In this document: positions 26,103 through 35,249 of the stretch, piece by piece | Numbering within the stretch: the stretch's first letter is position 1 | Layout of the letters: each line of letters begins with the position of its first letter | Assembly (NCBI GenBank): GCA_046331505.1 | Contig: JAXLQT010000008.1 | Location: forward strand, 11,567-75,566 | DNA from: Acidobacteriota bacterium | GTDB lineage: Bacteria; Acidobacteriota; Vicinamibacteria; JAXLQT01 | Direction of reading: 5' to 3' | Length of the DNA: 64,000 nucleotides | Made by a program: the position numbers and the translations under genes | The notes under the pieces: generated by a model | Told to the model about the DNA's origin: nothing | The model's input: only the letters and a program-made list of their open reading frames with translations | Databases searched by the model: none

Positions 26103-27314
26103 ATGCAGGGGATGGGCTTCATGAGATCCACGCTGCGCGCGGCCGTCCTGGCGCTCGCGATCGTGGTCGCACACGCCGGCGACGAGGATCTCGCGTCGAT
26201 GCCCAAGGGCGTGCGGACGGGCGCGCGGCTCTATCAGGAGCATTGCGGGTCTTGCCACGCCCTGTGGGGCGAGGGCTCGGGGACGGGGCTCGATCTGAGC
26301 CTCGCTCCGGCGCCGACGGGAGCGTCGCTGTGCCGGACCATCTGGCGTCACACCCCGTTGCTTGCTCCCACGCGCGGTTCCGGGGACGAGCTCTCGCTCG
26401 CGGACATGGAGGCCCTGTACGCATTCCTCTATTACGTGGCGATCGTGGACGAGCCGGGCGACGCCGCGGCCGGCCGGAAGGCCATCGAGGACAAGGGGTG
26501 CCTCTCGTGCCACAGCGTCGCGGGACGGGGCGGGACCGTCGGTCCGGACCTGGCGCGCTGGGCCGCCTTCGGCCACCCGGTGGTGTGGGCCCAGATGATG
26601 TGGAACCACGCCCCCAAGATGGCGGAGCGGGCGAAGGAGCTTGATCGGAAGTGGCCGCGCCTGGAGGGACGCGACATGGTCGACATCATTGCCTACGTGA
26701 GGAGCACGGCCACCGAGCTCGAGGCGGCCGCGCTCTCGCCTGGAGATCCCGGGGCGGGGCGCAAGGTGTTCGAAGGCAAGGGGTGCGCGGGATGCCATCG
26801 CGCCGATGCCGCGGGAAAGGCGGTCGGACCCGACCTCGCCCGTCCCTCTCCGGAGGTCCGGACAGTGTCGCAGCTCGCCGGCGAGATGTGGAACCACGCG
26901 CCGGAGATGCTCCAGGAGATGACTGCGCGGGGGATCCCCTACCCGATGCTCTCGCCGCAGGAGATGGCGGATCTCACCGCCTATCTCTTCACGCTGCGCT
27001 ACTTCGATCCCCCGGGCAACGCGGAGAGGGGGCGGCTGGTCTTCGAGCGCAAGCACTGTGTCCTGTGTCACGAGGCCTCGGACGGCAGTCCCGCCCGCGC
27101 CCCTGCGCTCCGCGCGGGAGCCGTCTCGCCCATGGACCTTGCCCGCGAGCTCTGGAATCACGGGCGGGCCATGATGGACCGCATGGAGGGCGCGAAAGTC
27201 CCGTGGCCGCCCCTCGAGCAGGCAGAGGTGATCGACCTGCTCGAGTACCTGAGCTCACCCCGGGTCGCTTCACAGTCCCCCGGTCCCGGAGGGAAAGAGC
27301 CGAGCTCGCCCTAG
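26103..27314 (+). CDS. Periplasmic cytochrome c with four CXXCH haem-binding motifs.
   Basis: Signal MRSTLRAAVLALAIVVAHA. Four CxxCH motifs (CGSCH, CLSCH, CAGCH, CVLCH), each followed by a WNH/Met-containing segment. An alternative ATG at 26121 is possible. Confidence 0.75.
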   Translation: MQGMGFMRSTLRAAVLALAIVVAHAGDEDLASMPKGVRTGARLYQEHCGSCHALWGEGSGTGLDLSLAPAPTGASLCRTIWRHTPLLAPTRGSGDELSLADMEALYAFLYYVAIVDEPGDAAAGRKAIEDKGCLSCHSVAGRGGTVGPDLARWAAFGHPVVWAQMMWNHAPKMAERAKELDRKWPRLEGRDMVDIIAYVRSTATELEAAALSPGDPGAGRKVFEGKGCAGCHRADAAGKAVGPDLARPSPEVRTVSQLAGEMWNHAPEMLQEMTARGIPYPMLSPQEMADLTAYLFTLRYFDPPGNAERGRLVFERKHCVLCHEASDGSPARAPALRAGAVSPMDLARELWNHGRAMMDRMEGAKVPWPPLEQAEVIDLLEYLSSPRVASQSPGPGGKEPSSP

Positions 27315-27335
27315 AGACACACCCAGGAGAGTCCC

Positions 27336-28631
27336 ATGTCCCTGTTCGCGCAGCGCGCCAGTCTCATCGACACGGAGAACGCCTTCAAGCTCGGCCCGCA
27401 GATCCGGAAGCTCGAGGACGCCGGCCACCGCGTGATCAAGTGCAATCTCGGGGAGCCGGACTTCCCGCTGCCGTCCCACGTCCGGGAAGAGATCAAGCGG
27501 CAGCTCGATCGCGACAACACGCACTACACCGATCCCCAGGGTCTGCCGTCGCTGCGTCGCGCGATCGCCCGCCAGGTATCGGAGACGCGCGGCATCGCGG
27601 TGGACGCGGAGCGGGTCGTCGTGTTCGCGGGAGCGAAGCCCCCGATCGGGTTCTGCCAGCAGACCTACTGCGATCCCGGGGACGAGGTGATCTACCCGTC
27701 GCCGGGGTTCCCGATCTACGAGTCGTTCACGCGCTACGTGGGCGCCGTGCCCCGTCCTCTGCACCTGTCGGAGGAGCGGGGCTTCGCGTTCGGCGCGCAG
27801 GACCTCGAGCCGCTCCTCTCGGCGCGCACGAAGCTCGTCATCCTGAACTTCCCCAGCAATCCCACCGGAGGCGTCGCCGCGCGGGACCAGCTCGAAGAGA
27901 TCGCGGAACTGCTGAAGCGCCGCGCGGCGGACGGAGCGCGGGTGTACTCCGACGAGGTCTACGAGCACATCGTCTACGACGGGGAGGAGCACCGCTCCAT
28001 CGCGACCCTGCCCGGAATGGCGTCGCGCACCATCATCGTGTCCGGCGTCTCGAAGAGCTACTCGTGGACAGGCGGACGGATCGGATGGGCCGTCTTCCCC
28101 TCGAGTGCCGAGGCCCAGGTGTTCAAGAACCTGAACATCAACTACGTGTCGTGCCTTCCGGGCTACAACCAGGAGGGAGCGCGTGAGGCGATCGAGTCGC
28201 GCGAGAGCGCCGCGGCGATCGAGGGCATGGTCGCCGCCTTCGAGAAGCGGCGCAACTGGCTCGTGCCCGCGCTGAACGCCATTCCCGGCTTCCATTGCCA
28301 GATGCCGCGAGGCGCGTTCTATGCCTTCCCCAACGTTGCGGGGGCGTGCGAGCACCTCGGGGCGATCGGCGCCTGGGAGAGCCTGGGAGATGCGGTCCGG
28401 CGCGCGACGAGCCCGTCGACGTTGCTCCAGCGGTTCCTGCTGTCGCGCTACCAGGTGGCGACGATGGATCGACCGTCCTTCGGGCGCGTCGGATCGGAGG
28501 GACGGCACCATCTCCGCATCTCCTTCGCGACCGGCCTCGACGACTTGCGGGAGGGCGTCGCGCGCATCGCGCGCGCCGTGGAGGACCGCGCCGGGTTCGA
28601 AGCGTTCGTGCGGGAGGAGGCATTCTCGTGA
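27336..28631 (+). CDS. Class I/II PLP-dependent aminotransferase (aspartate aminotransferase family).
   Basis: Full-length fold similarity (NLGEPDFP, LNFPSNPTGG, SGVSKSYSWTGGRIGW with the PLP lysine). RBS CAGGAGAG. Confidence 0.85.
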   Translation: MSLFAQRASLIDTENAFKLGPQIRKLEDAGHRVIKCNLGEPDFPLPSHVREEIKRQLDRDNTHYTDPQGLPSLRRAIARQVSETRGIAVDAERVVVFAGAKPPIGFCQQTYCDPGDEVIYPSPGFPIYESFTRYVGAVPRPLHLSEERGFAFGAQDLEPLLSARTKLVILNFPSNPTGGVAARDQLEEIAELLKRRAADGARVYSDEVYEHIVYDGEEHRSIATLPGMASRTIIVSGVSKSYSWTGGRIGWAVFPSSAEAQVFKNLNINYVSCLPGYNQEGAREAIESRESAAAIEGMVAAFEKRRNWLVPALNAIPGFHCQMPRGAFYAFPNVAGACEHLGAIGAWESLGDAVRRATSPSTLLQRFLLSRYQVATMDRPSFGRVGSEGRHHLRISFATGLDDLREGVARIARAVEDRAGFEAFVREEAFS

Positions 28632-30973
28632 GCGCGCCCCCAGCCGCGACCGCCGACGTGCGCGCTCCGAGGCGCGGCGTCTTGATCGACGCCGGGAGAG
28701 GACCGTCCGCCGCCGAGCGCGAGGCGGCGGCGGATCTCGAGGAGCTCGATCTCCTCTATCGGTCCCTGTGTGCCGTGCTCTACAACTACGTTCCTCTGTC
28801 CGGCCACCCCGGCGGGTCGATCTCGTCGGGCCGGATCGTGGGAGCGCTGTGCTTCGAGACGATGGCCTACGACATGTCCGACCCCGACCGCGAGGATGCC
28901 GACGTTCTGTCCTACGCGGCCGGGCACAAGGCGCTCGGCCTGTATGCGATGGGCGCTCCGCAACGAGATCGCCCGGATCGGCGCGCCCCGTCTCCTGCCC
29001 GTCGACGAATCACGCCAGCTTCGCCTGGAGGACCTCCTTGGGTTTCGCCGCAATCCGGCCGCACGCGCGCCGCTCGCCAGCCGCTTCTCGGCGAAGGCGC
29101 TGGACGGCCATCCCACCCCCGCGACGCCCTTCGTCCGCCTCGCGACGGGAGCCTCGGGCGTGGGACTCTGCGCGTCGGTGGGCCTCGCGCTCGGCGCGCT
29201 CGACGTCATGGAGACGCCGCCCCGCGCATCCACGTCCTCGAGGGCGAGGCAGGGCTGACGCCGGGCCGCGTGGCGGAGGCGCTCGCCGCCGCCTCGACCG
29301 CCGGCCTCTCGAATGTGGTGCTCCACGTCGACTGGAACCAGGCCTCGATCGACTCGAACCACGTCTGCGGCGACGGCGATGGGCCGGGGGACTACGTCGC
29401 CTGGTCGCCGGTGGAGCTTCTCCATCTCCACGGCTGGAACGTCGTCGTCGCCGGTGACGGCCTGGACCTCGGCCAGGTGCTCGTCGCGCAGCGCGACGCG
29501 GCGGCGCTCCGTACCACGCAGCCGACCGCGATCGTCTACCGGACCGTCAAGGGCTTCCGCTACGGCATCGAGGGACGCGCGTCGCACGGTGCGGGCCACA
29601 AGCTGTGCTCCGCCGGCTTCTACGAGGCGATGGCGCCGTTCACGCGCGACGCCGCGTTCGATCTGCCGTCCTGCGGCGTGGTGAAGCGGTGCGTCGGGGA
29701 ATCCGGGGGCGCGGTGATGGAGGAGTGCTTCTGGGAGGCGCTCATGCTGGTGCGCGCGAGGCTCGAGGCGGAGCGGCCGCTCGTGGATCGCCTCGCCGCG
29801 CGCCTGTGTGCGGCGCGCGATCGTCTCGACGACCTGCACCGCTGCTCCCGCCCGGGTGCTCCGCGCGCTTCGGTCGTCTTCGACATGGCCAGGGGCGCGG
29901 GAGAGGCTCCTCCGGCGCTCGCGCTCGCGCCGGGAACGATGACGACGCTGCGCGGCGAGCTCGGCCGCGTGCTCGGCTACCTGAACCGATCGAGCGGAGG
30001 CGCACTGTTCGCCGCCGCCGCGGACCTCCTCGGCTCCACGAGCATCGAGGTCGTCGCGGAGGGGTTCGATCCCGGCTACTTCCATTCCGCGCGCAATCCC
30101 GCGTCGCGCCTCCTGTCGGCGGGCGGGATCTGCGAGGACGCGATGAGCGGGATCCTGTGCGGGCTCTCGAGCTTCGGCCATCACATCGGCGCCGGCGCGT
30201 CGTATGCGGCGTTCCTCGCACCTCTCGGACACGTTGCGATGAGGCTTCACGCGATCGGCGCCCAGGCGCTCCGTGATCGGACGGGCGCGCCGCTGCGGAC
30301 GTGCATCCTCGTGTGCGCGCACGCCGGCCTCAAGACGGGGGAGGACGGGCCCACGCACGCCGACCCCCAGGCGCTGCAGCTTCTCCAGGACAACTTCCCC
30401 CGCGGCGCCTCGATCACGCTCACGCCATGGGAGCCCTCCGAGATCTGGACCCTGGTTGCGGCCGCGATGGCGCGCCGCCCCGCGATCCTCGCTCCGTTCG
30501 TCACGCGTCCCGCGGAGGTGGTGATCGACCGCCCCGTGCTCGGGCTCGCGCCCGCGAGTGCGGCGGCCCGCGGCGTCTACGTGCTGCGGGACGGCGACGA
30601 CGGGACGATCGTGCTGCAAGGCAGTGGCGTCGGATATGCGTTCGTCCAGGAGACGTTGCCGAGGCTCGAATGGGCGGGCATCCGCCCGCGTGTCTACTAC
30701 ATCGCGAGCGCCGAGCTCTTCGATCTCCTGCCTGAGGAGGAGCAGCGCGCGATCTATCCGGAGGAGCGTGCGCGGGAGGCGCTCGGCATCACCGACTTCA
30801 CGCTCGGGACGATGCTGCGCTGGGTCTCGTCGGAGCGCGGGCGCAAGGCGACGCTGCACCCCTTCGCCCACGGTCGCTACCTCGGTAGCGGCCCAGGGGC
30901 TCGGGTCATGGCCGAAGCCGGGCTCGACGGCGAGAGCCAGTTCCGCGCCATCGCGAGCTACCTCCGGCCCTGA
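28628..30973 (+). CDS. Transketolase-like TPP-dependent enzyme. The reading frame is broken twice (about 28950 and about 29220).
   Basis: GTG overlaps the aminotransferase stop (GTGA). The GHPGGSISSG TPP motif and HKALGLYAM are in frame A. ...TGASGVGLCASVGLALGA is in frame C (track ORF 28770-29258). Frame A resumes with RIHVLEGEAGLTPG...VVLHVDWN...GEDGPTHADPQA... to the stop at 30973. Confidence 0.6.
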   Translation: MSAPPAATADVRAPRRGVLIDAGRGPSAAEREAAADLEELDLLYRSLCAVLYNYVPLSGHPGGSISSGRIVGALCFETMAYDMSDPDREDADVLSYAAGHKALGLYAMGAPQRDRPDRRAPSPARRRITPASPGGPPWVSPQSGRTRAARQPLLGEGAGRPSHPRDALRPPRDGSLGRGTLRVGGPRARRARRHGDAAPRIHVLEGEAGLTPGRVAEALAAASTAGLSNVVLHVDWNQASIDSNHVCGDGDGPGDYVAWSPVELLHLHGWNVVVAGDGLDLGQVLVAQRDAAALRTTQPTAIVYRTVKGFRYGIEGRASHGAGHKLCSAGFYEAMAPFTRDAAFDLPSCGVVKRCVGESGGAVMEECFWEALMLVRARLEAERPLVDRLAARLCAARDRLDDLHRCSRPGAPRASVVFDMARGAGEAPPALALAPGTMTTLRGELGRVLGYLNRSSGGALFAAAADLLGSTSIEVVAEGFDPGYFHSARNPASRLLSAGGICEDAMSGILCGLSSFGHHIGAGASYAAFLAPLGHVAMRLHAIGAQALRDRTGAPLRTCILVCAHAGLKTGEDGPTHADPQALQLLQDNFPRGASITLTPWEPSEIWTLVAAAMARRPAILAPFVTRPAEVVIDRPVLGLAPASAAARGVYVLRDGDDGTIVLQGSGVGYAFVQETLPRLEWAGIRPRVYYIASAELFDLLPEEEQRAIYPEERAREALGITDFTLGTMLRWVSSERGRKATLHPFAHGRYLGSGPGARVMAEAGLDGESQFRAIASYLRP

Positions 30974-31000
30974 TCGCCTGCGAAGGCGCGCGTCGGCTCG

Positions 31001-32305
31001 TCACGGCGTCTTCGGCAGGTTCTCGGTCTGGCAGGGGGTGAGCGAGACGCCCTGGAAGCCGTCCGCGCGCGGATCGCTCCACGTGGCGAGGAGGAAGCGC
31101 GCCACCTGTCGCGCGGCGCCGCCACGCCCGGTGTCCGCGCCGATGGCCGCGAGCGCGTCGCGCACCGCGGGCGTGTCCCGCGTCAGGAGGCCCGCCGCCG
31201 CGACGAGCGGAAAGCTCGGCGGATAGCCCGTGTACGAGGCGGTCCAGCTCGGGCCGGGGGCCTCGCATCCCGTGTACGCCGGGGCGTCCGACCAGCGAAG
31301 CGCGGCGAGCCGCGCGCCCGTCGCGGCGCCCGGATCGAGGAGATCGACGGCGCCGGCAATCCGGGCCCAGGCGGCGAGCAGCTCGTCGTCGAAGTCCGGC
31401 GGACCCGGCTCGGGCAGCACCAATCGCGCGGCGAGAGCGGGGGCAAGCTCCTTGACGCCGAGCTCCATCGCAAGCTCCGCCAGGGTGGCGTCGGTGGCGT
31501 CTCCGGGCCCCTGGCGGGGCGCGAGGTCCGCGGCGATCAGATCCCGGACGGTGTCCTGGCCCGCGGCGGCGAGCGCGGCGCGCTGCGGCGCGCAGCTCTC
31601 CCGGAGCGCGCCCTCGTAGACCGCGGAGATCGTGGAGGCGTCTGCCGCGATGAGCGCCCGGGCGATGGGCTCGTCGAGCTTGCAGGACCTGGCGAGCGCC
31701 GCGAGCGGCGCGACGTGGCGCCTGGCGATCGCGGGGTCGGCGAGGAGCGCCCACAACCCGTCGTCGCGCGGGAGGCCGCCGGTCAGCACCAGCTCGCGCG
31801 CGAGCTTGGCGTCGAGGGCGGCGTCGAGATCGGGCACCTTCGCGAGCGTCGCGGCGGGCACGGCCCCGTCGCCGCGATCGACGCGGACCCAGCGGCCCTC
31901 CGGCTCGATCAAGAGCAGCGCCGCCCATCCGCTCGCCGGTCCGCGGAACGAGGCGACCACGCGGTGGATCGTGCCGTCGGAGCGGACCTCGATCTCGCCG
32001 CTGGTGGCATCGGCTCTCGCGCGTGCCTCGCGGCACGGGACGCCGGTGTCCGGCGTGGCGAGCGCGATCGGCGGCGCGTTTCCCCAGGAGAGCTCCACGG
32101 TTCGCGAGCAGCCCGACGGAAGCGGATTGCCGGGGTACCTCGTCTCGCGCACCTCGCACTCGAGGCGTACCGTCTGTGTGCCGGCGGGCTTCTCGGCGAG
32201 CGGTGCCCTCGGGGGCGCCGGACCGCCGCACGCGACGGACAGGGCGGCGATCGCGACGATGCCGCGCGGCGCTCGCGGTGCGGAGTCCACGGCCCAACGT
32301 AGCAC
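31001..32305 (-). CDS. Lipoprotein, hypothetical (Ala/Leu-rich).
   Basis: MLRWAVDSAPRAPRGIVAIAALSVACGG has a lipobox LSVAC. No recognisable domain. Confidence 0.5.
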   Translation of the reverse strand: MLRWAVDSAPRAPRGIVAIAALSVACGGPAPPRAPLAEKPAGTQTVRLECEVRETRYPGNPLPSGCSRTVELSWGNAPPIALATPDTGVPCREARARADATSGEIEVRSDGTIHRVVASFRGPASGWAALLLIEPEGRWVRVDRGDGAVPAATLAKVPDLDAALDAKLARELVLTGGLPRDDGLWALLADPAIARRHVAPLAALARSCKLDEPIARALIAADASTISAVYEGALRESCAPQRAALAAAGQDTVRDLIAADLAPRQGPGDATDATLAELAMELGVKELAPALAARLVLPEPGPPDFDDELLAAWARIAGAVDLLDPGAATGARLAALRWSDAPAYTGCEAPGPSWTASYTGYPPSFPLVAAAGLLTRDTPAVRDALAAIGADTGRGGAARQVARFLLATWSDPRADGFQGVSLTPCQTENLPKTP

Positions 32306-32339
32306 GAACCTCGCCCTCGACGTCCCCGCGGGTGGCGTC

Positions 32340-33014
32340 CTACGCCCGCGCCCGCTTGACGTAGACGTCGCGCGCGACCTCTTCGTCCATCGCGACCGTG
32401 GTCTCGCCGACCTCGAGCACGACGGCGGGGCGCGTCTGGCGCAGGCGGATTCCCGTGCCCGGCACCAGCCCGAGCACGGCGAGCTGATCGAGGCGCCCCG
32501 GGCGGCTCGAGTGCAGGTAGACGATCCGCGCGGGGGCTCCGAGCGGAAGAGACGTCAACGGGAAGACCGCCGCGGCGGCTTCGCGCTGCATCCGGGAGCA
32601 GCAGCCTCCGCGCGGGATCGGGCGGCCGTCGGGGGAGGCGGGAGGATGGCCGAGAAGCGTGCAGAGGCTGTCGGCGAGCTCCGGCGCGATGGCGTGCTCC
32701 AGACGGCACGCATGGCCCTCGATCGCCCCCGCCGGGATCTCGAGGACATCCGTGAGGAACCGTGCGGCGAGACGATGGGCTCGCACGACGTGCCGCGCGG
32801 TATCGCGGCCGGCTGCGGTCAACGTCAGCCGCCCGTGATCGCGCGCGATCAGGCCATCGGTGGCCAGGTGCTCGATCTGGAGGAGGACCTTCTCGCGGGC
32901 AGCGATCGCGCCGATCTGCTCGACGATCGCCTCGGCGGACGCGGGCTCCGACTCGGCGACGTTCCAGATCCGCTCGAGCACCTCTTCGCGCAGATCGTGG
33001 AATCGCTCGCTCAT
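32340..33014 (-). CDS. DtxR/MntR-family metal-dependent transcriptional regulator with C-terminal FeoA (SH3-like) domain.
   Basis: N-terminal wHTH and metal-binding dimerisation region (MSERFHDLREEVLERIWN...ARDHGRLTLTAAGRDTARHVVRAHRLAARFLTDVLEIP...EGHACRLEHA). C-terminal FeoA-like LPLGAPARIVYLHS...GLVPGTGIRL. Confidence 0.75.
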   Translation of the reverse strand: MSERFHDLREEVLERIWNVAESEPASAEAIVEQIGAIAAREKVLLQIEHLATDGLIARDHGRLTLTAAGRDTARHVVRAHRLAARFLTDVLEIPAGAIEGHACRLEHAIAPELADSLCTLLGHPPASPDGRPIPRGGCCSRMQREAAAAVFPLTSLPLGAPARIVYLHSSRPGRLDQLAVLGLVPGTGIRLRQTRPAVVLEVGETTVAMDEEVARDVYVKRARA

Positions 33015-33225
33015 GCCCCGGGCTCCGGGCGGCGCGGTGCATCTGGGCCGATCCGCGCGAGCCAGCTCGCGAGCCACGCGCGCGTGGGATGGGGGAACTC
33101 GTGGCCGCAGGAGGGGCAGCGGAGCATGGCGCACCCCCCGGCCATCGGGCAGCCTCCGCAACCGCTGCGGGGGGAAAACGGCTCGCGGCACGACGGGCAG
33201 CGGACGGGGTCGTCCGCGCACGCGT

Positions 33226-34764
33226 TCACAGCATCACCGCGCGAAGCGCCGCGTTGAGCGCCGCTCCGATCCCGATGGCGAACGGGAAGATGAAGGCGGC
33301 CATCGCGACCGCCGCGCGCGCGCCGCGCTCCTTGACGACGACCATGAAGTTCGCGACGCACGGCACGAAGAGCGTGATCGTGACCATCGCGACCACGATC
33401 TGGATCTCCGTCTCGGGCGCGACGTGGCCGGAGCGCAGCGCCGGTCCGAAGAGATCGTAGAGCCCCGCCGCTCCGTAGTCGCGGCGCAGGAACCCGAGCA
33501 CGAGCGCGCTGGTCGCCGCGGTGGGAAGGCCGAGGGCGCCGGTGACGATCGGCCTTGCCAGGCGTTCGATCCCACCGAGCAGCCCGATGCGATCCGCGAT
33601 CCAGAGGATGAGCGTCCCGAGGAGGAAGAGCGGCACCGCCTCGCGCAGGTACCACTCGATGCGCGCGACCGTCTTGATCACGATGTTCCGCAGGACGGGC
33701 CGGCGCATCGGAGGGATCTCCAGGACGAAGTCGCCGGCGTCTCCCGGAAGGAGCCGCGCGGCCACGTGGCCGACCACCAGGATCACGCCGCACACGGTCC
33801 CTCCCCACACGAGCGTGGCAAGCGGGGAGAGCGCCGAGAGCATCGCCATCACCACGCCGAGCTGCGCCGAGCACGGCACGCCCAGCGCGAGCAGGAGCGT
33901 GACCAGCATCCGTTCCTTGCGCGTCGGGAGGATGCGCGCGGTCAAGGTCGCCATCGTGTCGCATCCGAGACCGAGCACCATGGGGAGCACAGCCTTGCCG
34001 TTGAGCCCCATCACCTTGAACGCGCGGTTGAGCAGGATCGCGAGGCGCGGCAGGTATCCCGAGTCCTCGAGCACCGCGAAGGCGAGGAAGAAGAAGCCGA
34101 CGATGGGGAGCACGATCGCGACCGCGTAGGAGAGGCCCATCGAGATGACGCCGTAGGAGCCGAAGAGGAGCCCGGGGCCAGCGCCTGGCGCCGTGCCCGC
34201 CGGACCCGCGGCCCACGTCTCGAAGGGTTCGGGGAGGACGAAGCGGATCGCGGCGTCCGCCGCGGGCGTGACGTAGGCCGCGAACACGACGTTCTCGAGG
34301 AAGTCGACGGCGCGGCCGGCGCCGAGAACGCCGACGAAGAGGTACATGGCGTAGAGGACGGCGGCGGCGACGGGGACGCCCCAGAGGGGGTGCATCGCAA
34401 GATCGCCGAGCCGCGCCAGCCAGCCGGGCGAAGGGGGACGGCCGCGCCTCGCGACCCGCGCGACGATCCGATCGGAGGCGTCGATGCGCGACCGCGCGAT
34501 GACCAGCGCGGGCGGCTCGCCGAGGCGTTGCTCGAGGTCGCGGGCTGCGGCCGCGATGCCGGCGAGCTTCTCGGGGGCGAGGCTCGCGGCAAGCACGCGG
34601 GGCGGCTCGCCAGCGATCGCCATCAGGGCGAGCCCGCGCGCGCCCGGCGTCCGCGCTGGGAGGAGGGTCTCGACGCTTGCCACGGCCGTCTCGATCGCTT
34701 CGGGATAGGCGACCCGAACGGTGGGGACGCGGAACCTCACGCGATCGTCGAGCAGCGGCGCCAT
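33226..34764 (-). CDS. feoB: Ferrous iron transporter FeoB, membrane (permease) portion.
   Basis: MAPLLDDRV... then a polytopic membrane domain with strong FeoB similarity. It starts at an ATG embedded in the last codons of the G-domain ORF, which is in a different frame. Confidence 0.8.
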   Translation of the reverse strand: MAPLLDDRVRFRVPTVRVAYPEAIETAVASVETLLPARTPGARGLALMAIAGEPPRVLAASLAPEKLAGIAAAARDLEQRLGEPPALVIARSRIDASDRIVARVARRGRPPSPGWLARLGDLAMHPLWGVPVAAAVLYAMYLFVGVLGAGRAVDFLENVVFAAYVTPAADAAIRFVLPEPFETWAAGPAGTAPGAGPGLLFGSYGVISMGLSYAVAIVLPIVGFFFLAFAVLEDSGYLPRLAILLNRAFKVMGLNGKAVLPMVLGLGCDTMATLTARILPTRKERMLVTLLLALGVPCSAQLGVVMAMLSALSPLATLVWGGTVCGVILVVGHVAARLLPGDAGDFVLEIPPMRRPVLRNIVIKTVARIEWYLREAVPLFLLGTLILWIADRIGLLGGIERLARPIVTGALGLPTAATSALVLGFLRRDYGAAGLYDLFGPALRSGHVAPETEIQIVVAMVTITLFVPCVANFMVVVKERGARAAVAMAAFIFPFAIGIGAALNAALRAVML

Positions 34765-35249
34765 CCCGGCCCCTCGGTCGCGACCGTGTCGAGGACGTCG
34801 ACGGAGAGCTCGGTGGCGAGCTCCCGCGTGGAGAGATCGATGCCGCGCGCCCGGCACTCGTCCATCATGTTGGCGAGGATCGCCACCGGTACCTGGAGCT
34901 CCGCGAGCTGGATCGTGATCGGAAGGGCCCGGCGGAGGTTCTTCGCGTCGCACACCTGGACCACGCGCGCGTGGCCCGCCGCGGCGCGTTCGAGGAGCAC
35001 GTCGCGCGTCACCTGCTCGTCCTCGGACGAGGGCTGGAGGCTGTTGGCCCCCGGAAGATCGAGGACGACCTCGGCCGCGCCGCGCCTCTGCCCGCAGGCG
35101 ATCTCGACGGTCGTCCCGGGATAGTTGGACACCGTGGCGTACCGCCCGGTGAGGTGGCCGAAGACGACGCTCTTGCCGACGTTGGGGTTGCCTACGAGGA
35201 GGAGCGCTTCTGCCGCGTCGGTCGCGAGGGCGGCGCTATGGCCGTGCAT
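34737..35249 (-). CDS. feoB: FeoB N-terminal GTPase domain, as a separate frame (split or frameshifted feoB).
   Basis: MHGHSAALATDAAEALLLVGNPNVGKSVVFGHLTG...NYPGTTVE has the G1-G4 motifs. It stops 7 codons after the frame change near 34771. Confidence 0.75.
   Translation of the reverse strand: MHGHSAALATDAAEALLLVGNPNVGKSVVFGHLTGRYATVSNYPGTTVEIACGQRRGAAEVVLDLPGANSLQPSSEDEQVTRDVLLERAAAGHARVVQVCDAKNLRRALPITIQLAELQVPVAILANMMDECRARGIDLSTRELATELSVDVLDTVATEGPGWRRCSTIA

Noticed and set aside
28295-28631. N-terminal extension of the transketolase-like gene into the aminotransferase gene (track ORF start 28295).
   Set aside because: It overlaps the last 110 codons of a well-supported aminotransferase. 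The GTG at 28628, overlapping the upstream stop, is the more plausible start.
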